A stretch of DNA of 64,000 nt from Azolla caroliniana (GCA_043228905.1 JBHGNT010000009.1:9486001-9550000); one strand, 5' to 3'; counted from the stretch's first letter, positions 30,716 to 43,179 are shown. Notes: generated from the letters alone by a model not told the origin. Made by a program: numbers and translations.

Positions 30716-33700
30716 GTGATGGGGGCCTGTCGAAGCCATCCATGACTCGGAAGCGCTCGAACGTGTCGATCTTCACGAGAGGCATCAGGGGTGTGGGGGG
30801 AATTCAATGTATACCAGAATCTCAAAGAAGGAATTGATTGATTGATAGATTGATTGATTGATTGACAGATTGATAGGTTGTACTAGCAGGAAGCAACAGT
30901 AATAGGGGGGAAGGCAACTGTAAGTAGTAGTAGCTAGCGATTGATACTAAAAAAAACTGAGAACTGAGTGAATTGGATGATGGGTGTAATATCAAGAAGT
31001 TAATAGGAATTGGAGATGAGAAATGATGAGTATGATGATATTAGTAGGTCCGTCATGATGATTAGAGAGAGAGCAGAGGGAAGAGTGGCTGAACAACTGT
31101 AGGAGAAATTGATTCTGGTATAAGAATTCTGCATGATGATCATGAGGAGGAGGTCCATGGAAGGAGATTTGATTAGAAAGAAGCTGCACAGTAAAATGTT
31201 GGTTGGGGAGATTAGCTTACCTATAGCTACTTACTCTACTAGAAAAAAAGAAAAACAGAAGTAAGATGTAAGAAGAAGGAAGTATGTAACAACTAGCTCA
31301 CCTCTGCTGCTCTGCTGCTACGACGGCTCCGACAGAAGTATGTTATGTATGTTATGTATGTATGTATGTATGTTATGTATAATGTATGTATGTTATGTAA
31401 TAAACGGACAAAAGAAAGAGGAGGAGCATTTTCTCATTTTTTTTCTCATTTCGCCATTTCGCGTTTTGCCCATTTCGCGTTTTCCATTTTCCGCGTACAT
31501 TTTCTTTTTTCTTGCGTTTCAGTGCACGCTCGCCCTGCCGGAATATATACCCGCCCGCCACCTGGCATTCTGCTTGCGTCATCACGGCTTCCGGAAAACG
31601 CAAAGATTCGTCATAACAAAATAAAATTAAAATAAACACCAAAAAGGAATGAAGAAAAAGCAAAACCATTTTACATATCTGTTTTTCCGACATGTACGTA
31701 TGTATGCATTTTGTCTTTCTCTTGTTTTTTTTTTGTTCTACTTTTTCCCGTGGGAGGGGTAAGTAAATACATACGGTAGTGGGTGTGGCAAATAATAAGA
31801 ATACAACATTGCGTATTCTGGATGGATGGGTGGGTGGGTCGAGTCGACACAGACGGGTATGTATTTTGGAAAATTCGAGCATGCCTGGCTTCACAAAAAG
31901 AAACCAAAAAACATAGTGCAATGTGTGTCGGTTCAAGGTGTTCGAACCGAGCACATGTCTTTATATCGACCCAATTATACCTCCACACTGATATCATTCC
32001 TCGGAGAATCCGAACCGTCATATATCCCTATTATTAATGGCAAGCTGAGTGAGAGTGGTTGTCAAGCACTCTCGAGCCACTAACCTTGTTTACCTGGACA
32101 TAGAGAACTCTTACTCACCTCTCTCCAAGGCGATCCTCATCAAGAAGTTAACTAGTGCCTCATTGAGGCGTCAACATTAGAAATGTAGACAAGTAAAATA
32201 ATGCAAACACCACATAGACTAACCCCACTTTGATTGGTAAGAATGACCATCACACATACAAGATAAGACAGGTTTGGTTCAAACGGACTTCACACTTCTC
32301 TCCTACGTATGAGAGAGAGAGAGAGAGAGCTTATGTCTTATGGGGTTTAAGAACTAGGAGATGGACCTGGGTTGAAAAGGTATGAAAAAACGGCTCAATG
32401 TCCTATTAGGTTGAGAAGGATAAAAAAGGTTTAAAAGTAACCTTTATAGTTCTTTACAAAAAGGTTCTGTCCCCTTCCACATTGGAGTGAGCCTCAAGCT
32501 CTAGCTTTATAATTCGTCATATGTCCTCCAATTATTTCACACTTAGTGAGGCCTTCGTTGAGGTCGAAGGTAGAGCCCCTTAGTCGTACTATATATTGAA
32601 AGTGTTGTAGCTTGAATGTGGGGTGGGGGTCCAAATCCATAGGATCGTCCAAAGACAAATTGTTGCATGGATCAGTATCCATTTGTGGCTCGTCATGACT
32701 CATGACCTGAAGCATTCTGTCTTCTGTTGTTTGATGGTGGCGAGGGTGAGGAAAAAGTGAGCAATTGAATGGGAGGGTCGTGCACATCCTCGTAGCGTAG
32801 CGACGAAGTGATCACTCACGCTAGGGTGAATGTCGGGGCTAGGAAGTAGAAGACAAAGTTTGGGCAAATGCTGGATGCGTAGACCATGCTTATTAACAAT
32901 CGAAAAGTATATATATATTATTATTTTGTTAGGTCCTTCTCAAGTGAGTGTTCTAGGCCATACATACATACATACATACAGTATGGCCTATTCTGTAGCA
33001 GTACAACGTTGTGATGATGGGGGAGGAGGTTGTTTCAAAGCACGAGGAACTCTTTCGCTACCTCAATGAGATGCTGAAGCAGGTGAGAACCACCAGATTA
33101 TACATACATATTTACACAGTTTTGTCAAGAGTATGGGTAGGCTTTAGATGGACCATATCTAGTTTCTGTGACCTGTCTGTGCTTTTTATTTAGATCGAAG
33201 AAGACATTGGGGAACCTGATTTGGAATTAAGGGAAACCATTTTATCTCTGAAGAAAGAAACAGCACGACCACCCACCGTTGCCGTGCGTCTTGATGATGT
33301 AAGCTCCTTACACCTAAATCTCACCTGTTATTGTAGTTCTTAAATCTGAAATCGCAGCTATCATCACATATCAAATGAATGCCTCTCCATTGTTATCCGT
33401 ATACCTAAATCTTGCTTCGTAATTGGAGAAAGACCGAGGTGGACAGATTGATGCCTTCGTGTTTGACTTTAGCTGTCCCCCCCCCCAAAAAAAACATGTC
33501 CTAGTTCCCTACAACGATCGCCCAATTTTGTATCAAAATATTTTTGAAGGGAACAAAATCTGACCAAAATATACGGATTTTTCGATTAATTCCCTTTCGG
33601 TTTTAAGGTATTTCTGGCTTAGAAACCTTTGCTCAATTGAAATATTACATGAGGAAATTTTGACTACCATTAGGAGACATTATTTTGTCTACTTATATGC

Positions 33701-34538
33701 AGAGATATTCTAGAAAATCGTTTTGACAAGTAGAGAAAACATGCAAAAAACTGATCAGTAACATTAAATTTGATTGTAGTGCAAATTGGTTGTATAGAGT
33801 TCCTATGGGTTAGAACTTGGATAATATGGGTTAGGAACCTCTAAGGTAAATTAAACTGGTAGTAGCAGTTGTGGTGGCATTAAAACATACGTCTGTGGCA
33901 TCAGTTTTATAGACTGAAGAAAACAAAACACCATTAAATTTCTCGAAAACATATGAAGAACCTAAAATAATTTTTTTAGCACATTATAATAGTTGTAGTC
34001 ATTAAAGTCCATAAGTATGTGTGGCATTGGGCATGAACCTTTGCATGCATCCCAGTGTATGAGACCTCATGAATGACCGAATTGTCATGCATACTCCAGG
34101 ATGTATGGAAGACATTAGAGCACATGAATGGAGTATAAACAAATTCGGCTACCTTGCAGTTTGTTTTTTAGCACATTGCTTGTGTTAATCATATTTTCGA
34201 CATCAATACACGAATCATATTTTGAAAATGATAAGTACGAGTTTATGGCTCAGATATATTTTTCTATCAAAGCAAAAGCTTTCTTCTGTTTATGTACACA
34301 GTCAGAGATTGCACAAGAGCTTGATAAGTTATCGGCAAAGCTTGATTGCGTGGAACAAACCATATCACCTTCTCTACTCGATCCACAAGTTCAGGGACTT
34401 TTGAGTGCCACAGCTGATCTATGGATTCCTACTATCACTGCTTCCTCGAATGAGCGAGTTTCCATTGCATCTGCCTCAAACTCTGAGGTACCTAACAAAG
34501 ATAATGTTGTTCCGAAGGATCAAAAGAATAAATTTTAG
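29170..34538 (+). CDS. Small uncharacterised protein. Proposed exons 29170-29176, 32933-32943, 32999-33082, 33194-33298, 34302-34538 (~147 aa); minimal model from ATG 33014 is 136 aa
   Basis: The last three exons join in frame (EELFRYLNEMLKQ|IEED..RLDD|SEIAQELDKLSAKLD..DPQVQGLLSATADLWIPTITA). ATGGAAG|gt plus the 11-nt micro-exon gives in-frame MEGPSQ; these two 5' exons are less certain. Confidence 0.7.
29550..30785 (-). CDS. Stand-alone RNase HI-family protein, 411 aa, with poly-Ser/poly-His inserts
   Basis: All catalytic motifs in order: IYTDGS, AGYGVF, VELLAI, MYVDS, KVKAHCGVRGNEIAD. Uninterrupted 1236-nt ORF with no adjacent RT. Confidence 0.85.
32025..32824 (+). mobile_element. Candidate non-autonomous Helitron, 800 bp
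   Basis: 5' A|TCCCTATTATTAAT. 3' hairpin TCGTAGC-GTA-GCGACGA (32790-32806) lies 14 nt before CTAG (32821-32824). The next base is G, not the canonical T. Confidence 0.55.
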
Positions 34539-34547
34539 AGGGTAGGT

Positions 34548-34760
34548 GTTTCTGTATTGAGATTGTTTTTCATAAGTTGTAAACTAAGATTAAGGAAACT
34601 CATAATTTCATTTTGCTCATTATGTCCTCGGAAGGATGCACTTTTAATAATGAATGGTTAATGTTTCTGTATTGAAATTGTTTTTCATAAGTTGTAAACT
34701 AAGATCAAGGAAACTCATCATTTCATTTTGTTCATTATGTACTCGGAAGAACACACTTTT
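34548..34760. repeat. Diverged ~100-bp direct duplication in the 3' UTR region (34548-34646, 34663-34760)
   Basis: GTTTCTGTATTGA.ATTGTTTTTCATAAGTTGTAAACTAAGAT...CTCGGAAG occurs twice. Confidence 0.85.
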
Positions 34761-35186
34761 GGTGTGTTCATTGTTCATCGTTATGTTGCTCAATTGTAGT
34801 TTTTGATTGTTAATTAAACCCTGTGAGGAGGAAAAACAAAAAACCCTAATTCATAAGAAGTGAGTTCATTTCACTCACATAAAATAGGTGTCAAGAACAT
34901 TGACATGCTTCCTGTTAATATGGGAGCACCTTCAGTTTGATCTCATATCAAAAATTTTAAAGTTGAGGGCAACCTATTATTACATACTGGTTGTCTTGCT
35001 GTATATACGTTGTGTAATCGAAGCATGTAGAAGCTTCACTTGTGAATATGTTCTTATATCAAGCTGATATTCTGTCATATTAGATATTCAGTCAGGGCAT
35101 ATATTGGGCATCTGGTTTTCCTCGAAAGATTCTTGAATTTCTCGCCTTGGTCTTATAAAAGGAAATGATCTTCGTCATTAAATTAA

Positions 35187-35499
35187 GGGAAAAGTACCAG
35201 GATACCCCTGGAAGTTCGTCTATTTACCAGAATGCCCCTGGAAGTTCCAAATTTACCAAACTACCCCTATGTCCAAAAAAATACACTTTATAAAGTAAGT
35301 ATACACTCAAATCTTTGGTAAATAGGGCTAGTTCGGGTCTATTTCTTCCATCTTTGATAAATAGGGCTTGTAGATTTGAGTGTATAATTACTTTATAAAG
35401 TGTAATTTTTTGGACATAGGGGTAGTTTGGTAAATTTGGAACTTCCAGGGGCATTCTGGTAAATAGACGAACTTCTAGGGGTATCCTGGTACTTTTCCC
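35187..35499. mobile_element. Mutator-type foldback MITE, 313 bp
   Basis: Near-perfect ~128-bp TIRs starting GGGAAAAGTACCAGG. Perfect 9-bp TSD TTAAATTAA (35178-35186, 35500-35508). Confidence 0.95.
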
Positions 35500-35699
35500 T
35501 TAAATTAACTATGATTGCTACCATTTATTCTCACCATTATTAGTATAGCCGTTCTTCTTGACATCATCCCAACATCTCCATAAATCGAGTCACTTGAGGG
35601 AACATTGCTTTCACTATTTCTTTTTTCCGGATTCGATACACATCTAACTTAGACATTGAGGACACACTCACATCATGTATCTAGTTAAGTTGTTTTGAC

Positions 35700-38600
35700 A
35701 TCCAACTTTTCTCATGATTTAGATAGAAAGTAGAGAGATCGTTCAGAGTGTATAAAGAAGCTAATGTTTCTTGAATGTATAAATTTAAATGGTATACAAG
35801 TGTATCTTGTCATGGGTTTACATCACATTGAGCTAGGTTTCTCAATATTTTTGTTGCAGAAATGCAAATATGCGGGAGTTGTGAATAAAAAAGATTTGTA
35901 TTGTAATATATCACGTCTAATGATCTTGATCCAATTAAAGTATCTCAGTTCTTTTGTTAACTTTGATAGAGATAACCTGGAATTGTTTGAATTCTAGAAT
36001 GGTGTGGATTCAGGATTTGTAATTATCACAATTAAATTGTCCTAGAGAATCGAGATCAACATTTGACACTAATTCAACCCTTAGTGGTGAGAAAACTACT
36101 CATTTGGATATAGATTTATAAAGAACAAGAATTTGAGGTATTTTAATCAAAACTAATGATAGTTAAATGAATGGATTACGGGTATGTAACCACACCAAGA
36201 ACATGAAAGGGAAGTTCAAGAGACGAATATAAAACCTCATTACTGTCACAAACCATCAAATATGACCTTTTTTATACCTTGGATGTTAGGTGGAAGATAT
36301 GACATATGTGATCTTTGCCTCAACACATCCTCAACATCGTTGAGTTTCCTTTATATAGTTAAACTCCTTAGGCTGCTGAGCTGCCATTTGTTCCCACATG
36401 CCCAAGGTCCTTATGGACCATGGATTTCTCCAAAATCCCAAGATAATGAATTTCACTCTTATCTCGCCCTTAAATCCATTGAAATTAGCTTCCTGATTTG
36501 GTTCATAAGGTTATTCCCATAACATTTTTCAAATATGTTTTTCATTAAGGAAGCTAGTCATAATAACATGCTCTTTTTCCTATGTTTGAACTTGAATCAC
36601 ACATACTTTAATTCAACAACTTAGTTTTGAATTCTCAAACTAGTTTAGATCTCAAATCTTTAATTTGAGTATCAAGAAGATATATTTCTAAATGATAGGA
36701 ATGAGTTGTTATGAGTTCAACCAATCGGTTGCATAGATGAAGACTTGCAAGAATGCTACACATGTGTTCCTAAGTTTGAGTGAGTTTGAGAGTTGTTTTG
36801 CTTAGCTCTTAGGGTGGGATCAAAGATTAATGGGGTGAATGTTCTTGAAGTCAATCATGATGAAAGAATGAAACTTGGTATTCAACTAGAAGATTACAAT
36901 GGTCATAATGGGCTAATCGAGAACCGAGATGATGTAAGAAGAATATGTCAACAATACAATAGGCAGAAAAAGAATTTGTCATCAAGTGCTATAAATAGAT
37001 CTAGGAGATTGGAATACTTAAAATTAACAATGTGTTACAAACGTAGAGGTCAAACAAATTAATGACAAAGGTTTGGACAATTTAGAACAATCTACTTCCA
37101 ACTCACATCGAAGAAAATAACCTGTCAAGAAAAAGTAGCCCATGAATTGGCATAGGCATCAAAAAGTCATATGAGAGCCTAAAAGAGAAGGTTAATGTTG
37201 AAGAGAAGGTGGAGAAAATGCTAAAAGATGATGAGCTATAATACACTTACGAGTTGAACATATACAAGGGAGAATGTGAAGAATTAGAAGCAACTTGAAT
37301 ATTATAACATGTACAATATGAAGAGACGACTAAGGGAGATGGTACAATATATAATACATTCTCAACTTATGGATATGAATTGGGCAATGCGAAAGAAATG
37401 AAAAAGGTTGAATGGGAAATGACTAGATATGATCTAGATGATGCAATGCCAAGAATATCCAAAGCTTCGTACCTCAAAACCATATATTAAGAGAGGGAAA
37501 TATAGAAGTTTGGATGTGATCTAGACAATGAGACAAATACCATCTCCGAACTTCGTGTCCAAGCTTTGGTATACATGAGGGCTCACATGAAGTAGCAGTC
37601 ATATGAAGATATTGGCATTAAAGATGTGATAATGATAAGTAGCCTTGAAGACACTATGCTCGGGACAATACAAAAGAGAGAGGAATTTAAGATGAGGCCT
37701 AGGATTTTGACTAGAAAATATTCAAACATGAGCAAGATGAAGAGGAAGAGTGTAACGAAAATCCCGAGGCTTGGGTGTTGATGATCTGGGATGGTCTGGT
37801 TGGTAGCAAGAAGATCAAAACTTCAGGCCCACATTGCAATAGGACCCAAGAGAAGGATAAAGAGGATGTGAAGATGAATGAGGATATAAAGAGTGAGGCT
37901 AGAGAAAGTAGACAAGAGCCAGATGAAGATCTTGTGGATGAGGACATATTAAGAGGTGTTCTTTTAGATGTATCTAACATGACGAGAACACGGGCTAACA
38001 CAAAGTATTAGTAGATAGAAGATGAGGGTACACATTGGCCATTTTGAAAATTGAAAAGATGGTAGGTACGGAGCTGACATTCATCCCTAAATGTGCACAC
38101 ATTGCACTTGAGGATACTTCCACACGATTACGATAGAAGGCCAAAGCACTATTTTGCAAGGCCAAATAAAAAAGGAAGAGAATGAAGGGGAATGTCTAGA
38201 ACTTGATGAATGGAGAAGAAGATCTTAGAGGGAGGGAATGTTAGTACCTCGTCGTGTGCCACTCCATACTTTTACCATGTGTTGTGATCACATTACTAAG
38301 TAATTCAATCTACGTTTGTTGGTACATTGTTTAACTAAGATTCTTCTACATGATATGCAATATTGTCTCTCATGCTACACGTCCAATCCTTATTGAGCTG
38401 GTAATCTTGCTTTTTCATATACAAGATACATAATGTTGGTTAATGAAGGCCCTACATAGAAGTTGTTAACAATGTTAGAATGGATTACGCATTTCAACTT
38501 AGCTAATTTAGCTTTCTTCCTTTGGAATATCTTTATTCACAATTAATTGCGCTTCACACATATCATCAAAATTTTCTCTTAAACTAGAAATGACAGTTAC
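35700..38600 (+). mobile_element. Very degenerate LTR-retrotransposon-like remnant
   Basis: Purine-rich, stop-riddled sequence. PPT-like AGAGGGAGGGAA is followed by TGTTAG near 38239. No clear domain. Confidence 0.3.
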
Positions 38601-39565
38601 AAAGTCTTAGAAAAAGAGACATTCATTATGTATTAATTGGATAATGACATGATTGACATTGGAGAAGAATGTAGCCTTCGTATATGATGCAATAATATTT
38701 GTCCACCTTAAACCCTTAAGCATGAAACTATCTGAAATCTATCCTAGCTTTTTGACAACCAATCACCTTTTGTCCTTTAGGTGACACCATTTCGAATAGA
38801 TCAACGAGACATTGGTTGTGAATCTAGTCTAAGTGCTCGAACTCGCAACATCGTGTAACTTTCCTAAATTCCGGCTTATACAATTGGTTTTTTTTCAAGG
38901 ACACACACTCAAACCATGACAAGCCATGGTTTCATCAATTTCATGAAGGAAGAAACACAACGGTACTCATTGCCTTCTCTTTCGACTAGGAGAATATTGA
39001 CAATTGTATTAACGTATCCCTTTGATTGTGGGGCAAAATGTTTTGATGACATTATAGCCAAAAGTGTTTCCACAACTAGCAAGCTTGAGAGGATTTGACA
39101 TCTATCATAACCTATCATGTTGACTGTTTAATCTTCGAGAAGGGATGTAATTAGTCAACAATATAAGGTTAGCAGCAGGAAGGGATGTCCAGATGGGGCA
39201 AATTCCTCGAATGAGAGTTGGGCCACATCAAGAAATGGGTGTTGAATGGCACATATCATATGAACCGCTGCGGTGCATTGGAGAGAGCATGTAGAGGAGG
39301 TGGGAGATGTCGATGCGAGTGTTGTGACATACAAGGACACATGTAGGAATGGGTGGTAGGGTCTTCTGTTTTCGGGGAGGCGCATGGGATCGGGCAAAGG
39401 ATCTCGAGAATATTGGGTATCCGTAGTCACGCCAAGCTGAATGATCAAAGAATTGGGTGGCCAACGTGACACGATAGCCGGCCGATTGTGAAGGACTCCG
39501 GAGGCCATCCCAGCCACATCTGTCAAAACATTATTTTGGGAGGATAGAAATTTCATTGAGTGTGT

Positions 39566-39596
<31 letters not shown>

Positions 39597-39870
39597 GGGT
39601 TGGGTGCTCTCTTTTTGAAAGGCCCAGAAAACGAGAGAACAGAAAAATCCTCCTTCAAGGATTTAAAAAAAACCCCCAAAAAATGAAAAGAATAAATAAT
39701 AATCGATTACAAAAATTAGGAAAAGGAAATAAAAAAACCATCACAAAACCAAATCTTCTTCTTCTTCTTCTTCTTCCTTTTTATAATTACATATTTTTGT
39801 TGGCCTTCGTTTCTTCTGCACATACGGAGGGGATCATCCATCCCATCCCATCCCATCCCATCCCTTCCAT

Positions 39871-39902
<32 letters not shown>

Positions 39903-41357
39903 AAGGAAGCTAAGATCAGAGGTCACCCCCCTCCCTCTCTCTCTGCGTGTTTGTTTCTCCATCGCCTCCTCCTCCACTTCTTCTACTCTATTCAGGTATT
40001 CCTCATTCCCTTCATCATGTCCGCCAAGCGTTCTTATTTCTCGTGGAACTCCTTCTTTTAAAAAAAATGAAGCTTTGCTAAATCTTTGCAACTTTTGGTT
40101 GCTTTAGTTTCTGTGCATTTCACTTCTTCTTTCTTCTTCTCGATGCCCATATACTTCTCGGGTATCTTTTGATCATCCTTCGGTAAAGCTTGATTAGGCG
40201 TAAGAACTATTCTCCGATTGGTTCAGTTTTTCGTTTCTTGATACGATAAGCTTTGCTAAATCTTTATCCGCATCATTTTTGCTTCAATTTCGGAGTTTTT
40301 TATTATTATAGATTTTCATATTTTTTTGGTACAACTTTGATCTTCCTTTGGTAAAGCTTACCTGTATGATTTTTAATTTTGGAACTTGATAGGTTTATGT
40401 TGTTTCTTCTGTTTATAGAATTCTCATTGTTGCTGTAATAAGCTTAAATAGCTTATGTTTTTTCGTTCCTTTTTTTGATCTGAGAATGATTTCCAGTACG
40501 GTCTAGATTCTTATAACTCTAGTTCTTTAATTCTCCTATGACGATTTCACATATTTGTTTACTGTCTTTTACTCAGAAATTCTTTTCTGATTCAATATCT
40601 TAAGACTTTTTTATTTTCTCTTAAACTTCCCTCGTTCATTTGTTTTGAGAAACTTTTACTCACTGCAAAAAAGATTCGTTCCTGTATGGTATTTCTGCAA
40701 AAAATTACAGAGGCTATGGTAGGCTTATACGGTTAGGTAATTCTTCGCTTTCGCTTTGGTAAGCCCAAGTACCTACAATATTTGTTCTTCTATTCCTGAA
40801 CATTCTTCACATATTCTTGTAGATTTTATTGTGATAAGGGAAGATTTCTCTTTCTTAAAAACCGATCCTTTCATGGAAGCTAATCATTTCCTCTTTAAAG
40901 ATTTATACTGAAACTATACTTATAGAGTATTCTGAATTGAAAGGATCCTAGTAAGTTTTTCCTCCTAGAATTGTCCATCCTTTATCTGTAAAATGTGAAT
41001 TTCAAGCAGTTTAGACTAATTATTGGATTGTGCCTCTATTCAAATTAAAGAGAAAATTCAGAAACACCGGTTGATAAAATTTTATCCTCCTCCGCAGGAG
41101 GTCAAATAGATAGAGAGAAACAATGGGAGAAATAAATAGATAGATTCATCCTGGAATGTCAAATAGATTTGGAGAGAATTATCAATGAATACGTAAAGAG
41201 ATAGAGAGGCATTCTAAAGAGACCTTAACTTTCTATCTTAAGACTGTTCCAACGCCTTTGTCATTAATATGAGCTTGAGAGTGCGAATTTCTGAGATTCT
41301 CATCCATTCTCCATAACAAACTTTTTTTCTACAGTGTTCTAGCTTTATTCAAGTGTC

Positions 41358-43179
41358 ATGGAGACTTTGAATGCTACCAAAGCTGAATTAGCTCTCATCA
41401 AGAGCTACCTCAATCAATCTGAGGCAAGAGATAAGATATGCCGTGCTATTCAGTATGGTTCAAAGTTCATTAGTGCCGGGGAGAGAGGAGTTGCACTGGA
41501 AGTTGATAGAACTACTAGTCTTGCTCGCAAAGTCTTCCGTTTATTGAAGGTTAGGCCTCATCCTCTCACTGTGCATTGTTTGTATCCACTGCATCTATGT
41601 GCAAGCAAGCATTTGTGCATATGTACTTATACAGATTATATCTTGTGTGCATGGGATATACAAATTCAAGGGGCAAACACTGAAGTATCCTGCATTTTTC
41701 TTTCTTTCCCCGAAATGCCATTGGTTAACCCCCTCTTGTGGATAACTATGTGCTATTTGAGCAACTGCATGGTTCCTTTTTCTCTGTTTTTGGGTAGCCA
41801 AGGGTGCTTGGGGAAATAACGATCCCAAGGGGCTAATGGAAAAACAAGTAAACCATAGGGGTGTTTCCTGGTATAATACATATTGGTTAGGTTCATGTTT
41901 AATGTTAACTATACCTAGGATGTATAAAAGTCCTGATCATTTCTGCATAATAATATATATATGGCAGTCTGTGAATGAACTGGAAGCCTTGGTCACACCT
42001 CCCTCAAAATCAACCCCCTTGCCTTTGGTGTTGCTTTCGAAGGTAGAACACCTTTCTTCTCTGAGTTTCCGTATAAAATTTGGGAATCAGGATTTCATTC
42101 GATTTCTTTGAGTGATGGATTTTTTTGGGCCAGTCCAAAAGCTCGCTGATGGCCACATTCTTTGCACTAGATCAAGTTGTATGGGCAGGGAGAACCGGAA
42201 TATACAAGGTTGGATAACTAATTCTAATATTGGATTTTGTTGAAATATTATACTAAAGCTCAAGCAAGTAACATAATCAAGAAGAGAGACTACCATGGTC
42301 TTATTAAATTAGATTGTAACTTTGCAATGTTGCAGGATAAGGAGCGGACTGACCTAATTGCAAAGATATCATTGTATTGCTTCCTAGGAGGATGTGCTAC
42401 AAACTCACTACTGGATGTGAGTTCTTCACACATTCCTCTTTCTATGAGCTAATTTCCAATTGAAAAATGTACTAATGTGTGTTATTGACATGTCGTACTA
42501 TCATATCAAAAGTAATAAGAAACTAGCGTCTTCTTCTTCATTTGTTAATTTCATTCTTGTTTCATATCCTACGATCCTGGTAAAGCTCTTAACCAATAAG
42601 ATCTTAGTTTATTTAGATAATATGAGCTGCTTATCAATCTGCTCTTTAAACTTGTTAGATGGTTCGCAGGGCAGGAGCTAATTCTTTTACATGTGATTCA
42701 TAAACTAATCTTCTGTGCAGTTCGCAGAATTATTACGCATCGCGCAAAAAAAGAAGACTGCAAACGATCTTTCTGTGAGTGCCAGTACTAGTTAATGTGC
42801 TATATGACACAAATTTTAATAGTAGAAGAGTCTTATTAGGATGTATTTGGTTCATATTTATTTTAAGGAACATGAAAAGTTGCAAAAGCAACTGGAACAA
42901 AGGCTCCTTGGATGGATTAAGTCCTCACTGGACATTGTAGTGGCCATAGGTCTTCTCCAGTTGGCTCCAAAGAAAGTGACACCGAGAGTAACTGGAGCCT
43001 TTGGTTTTGTTACCTCTTTGATTTCATGCTATCAGGTATCATTGATCATTTCCCTACAGAATTGCCTCTTAAATCCTATAGAATTCCCAACTTAATTGAA
43101 CTTACGTCATTCTCATTAATGATTTCTGTTTTGGTTTTCCTCACAGCTTCTTCCATCCCCAAAGGCGAAGACTTTGTGA
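41358..43179 (+). CDS. PEX11: Peroxisomal membrane protein 11 (PEX11C/D/E type), 225 aa. Exons 41358-41549, 41968-42042, 42134-42208, 42336-42416, 42721-42774, 42868-43035, 43147-43179
   Basis: YLNQSEARDKICRAIQYGSKF, TSLARKVFRL, LDQVVWAGRTG and LAPKKVTPRVTGAFG, with a C-terminal dilysine KAKTL. A probable 5' UTR intron runs from ~39996 to 41333. Confidence 0.93.

Noticed and set aside
29465-30837. Many overlapping ORFs on other frames around the RNase H gene
   Set aside because: By-products of high GC and trinucleotide repeats; no recognisable motifs.
29226-31990. CAGTGT...ACACTG as TIRs around the RNase H cassette
   Set aside because: Only 6 bp match and the flanks (ATATG/ATATC) are not a convincing TSD.
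38909-39530. Coding-like minus-strand ORFs upstream of PEX11
   Set aside because: No recognisable domain; could be a transposon remnant but cannot be supported by eye.
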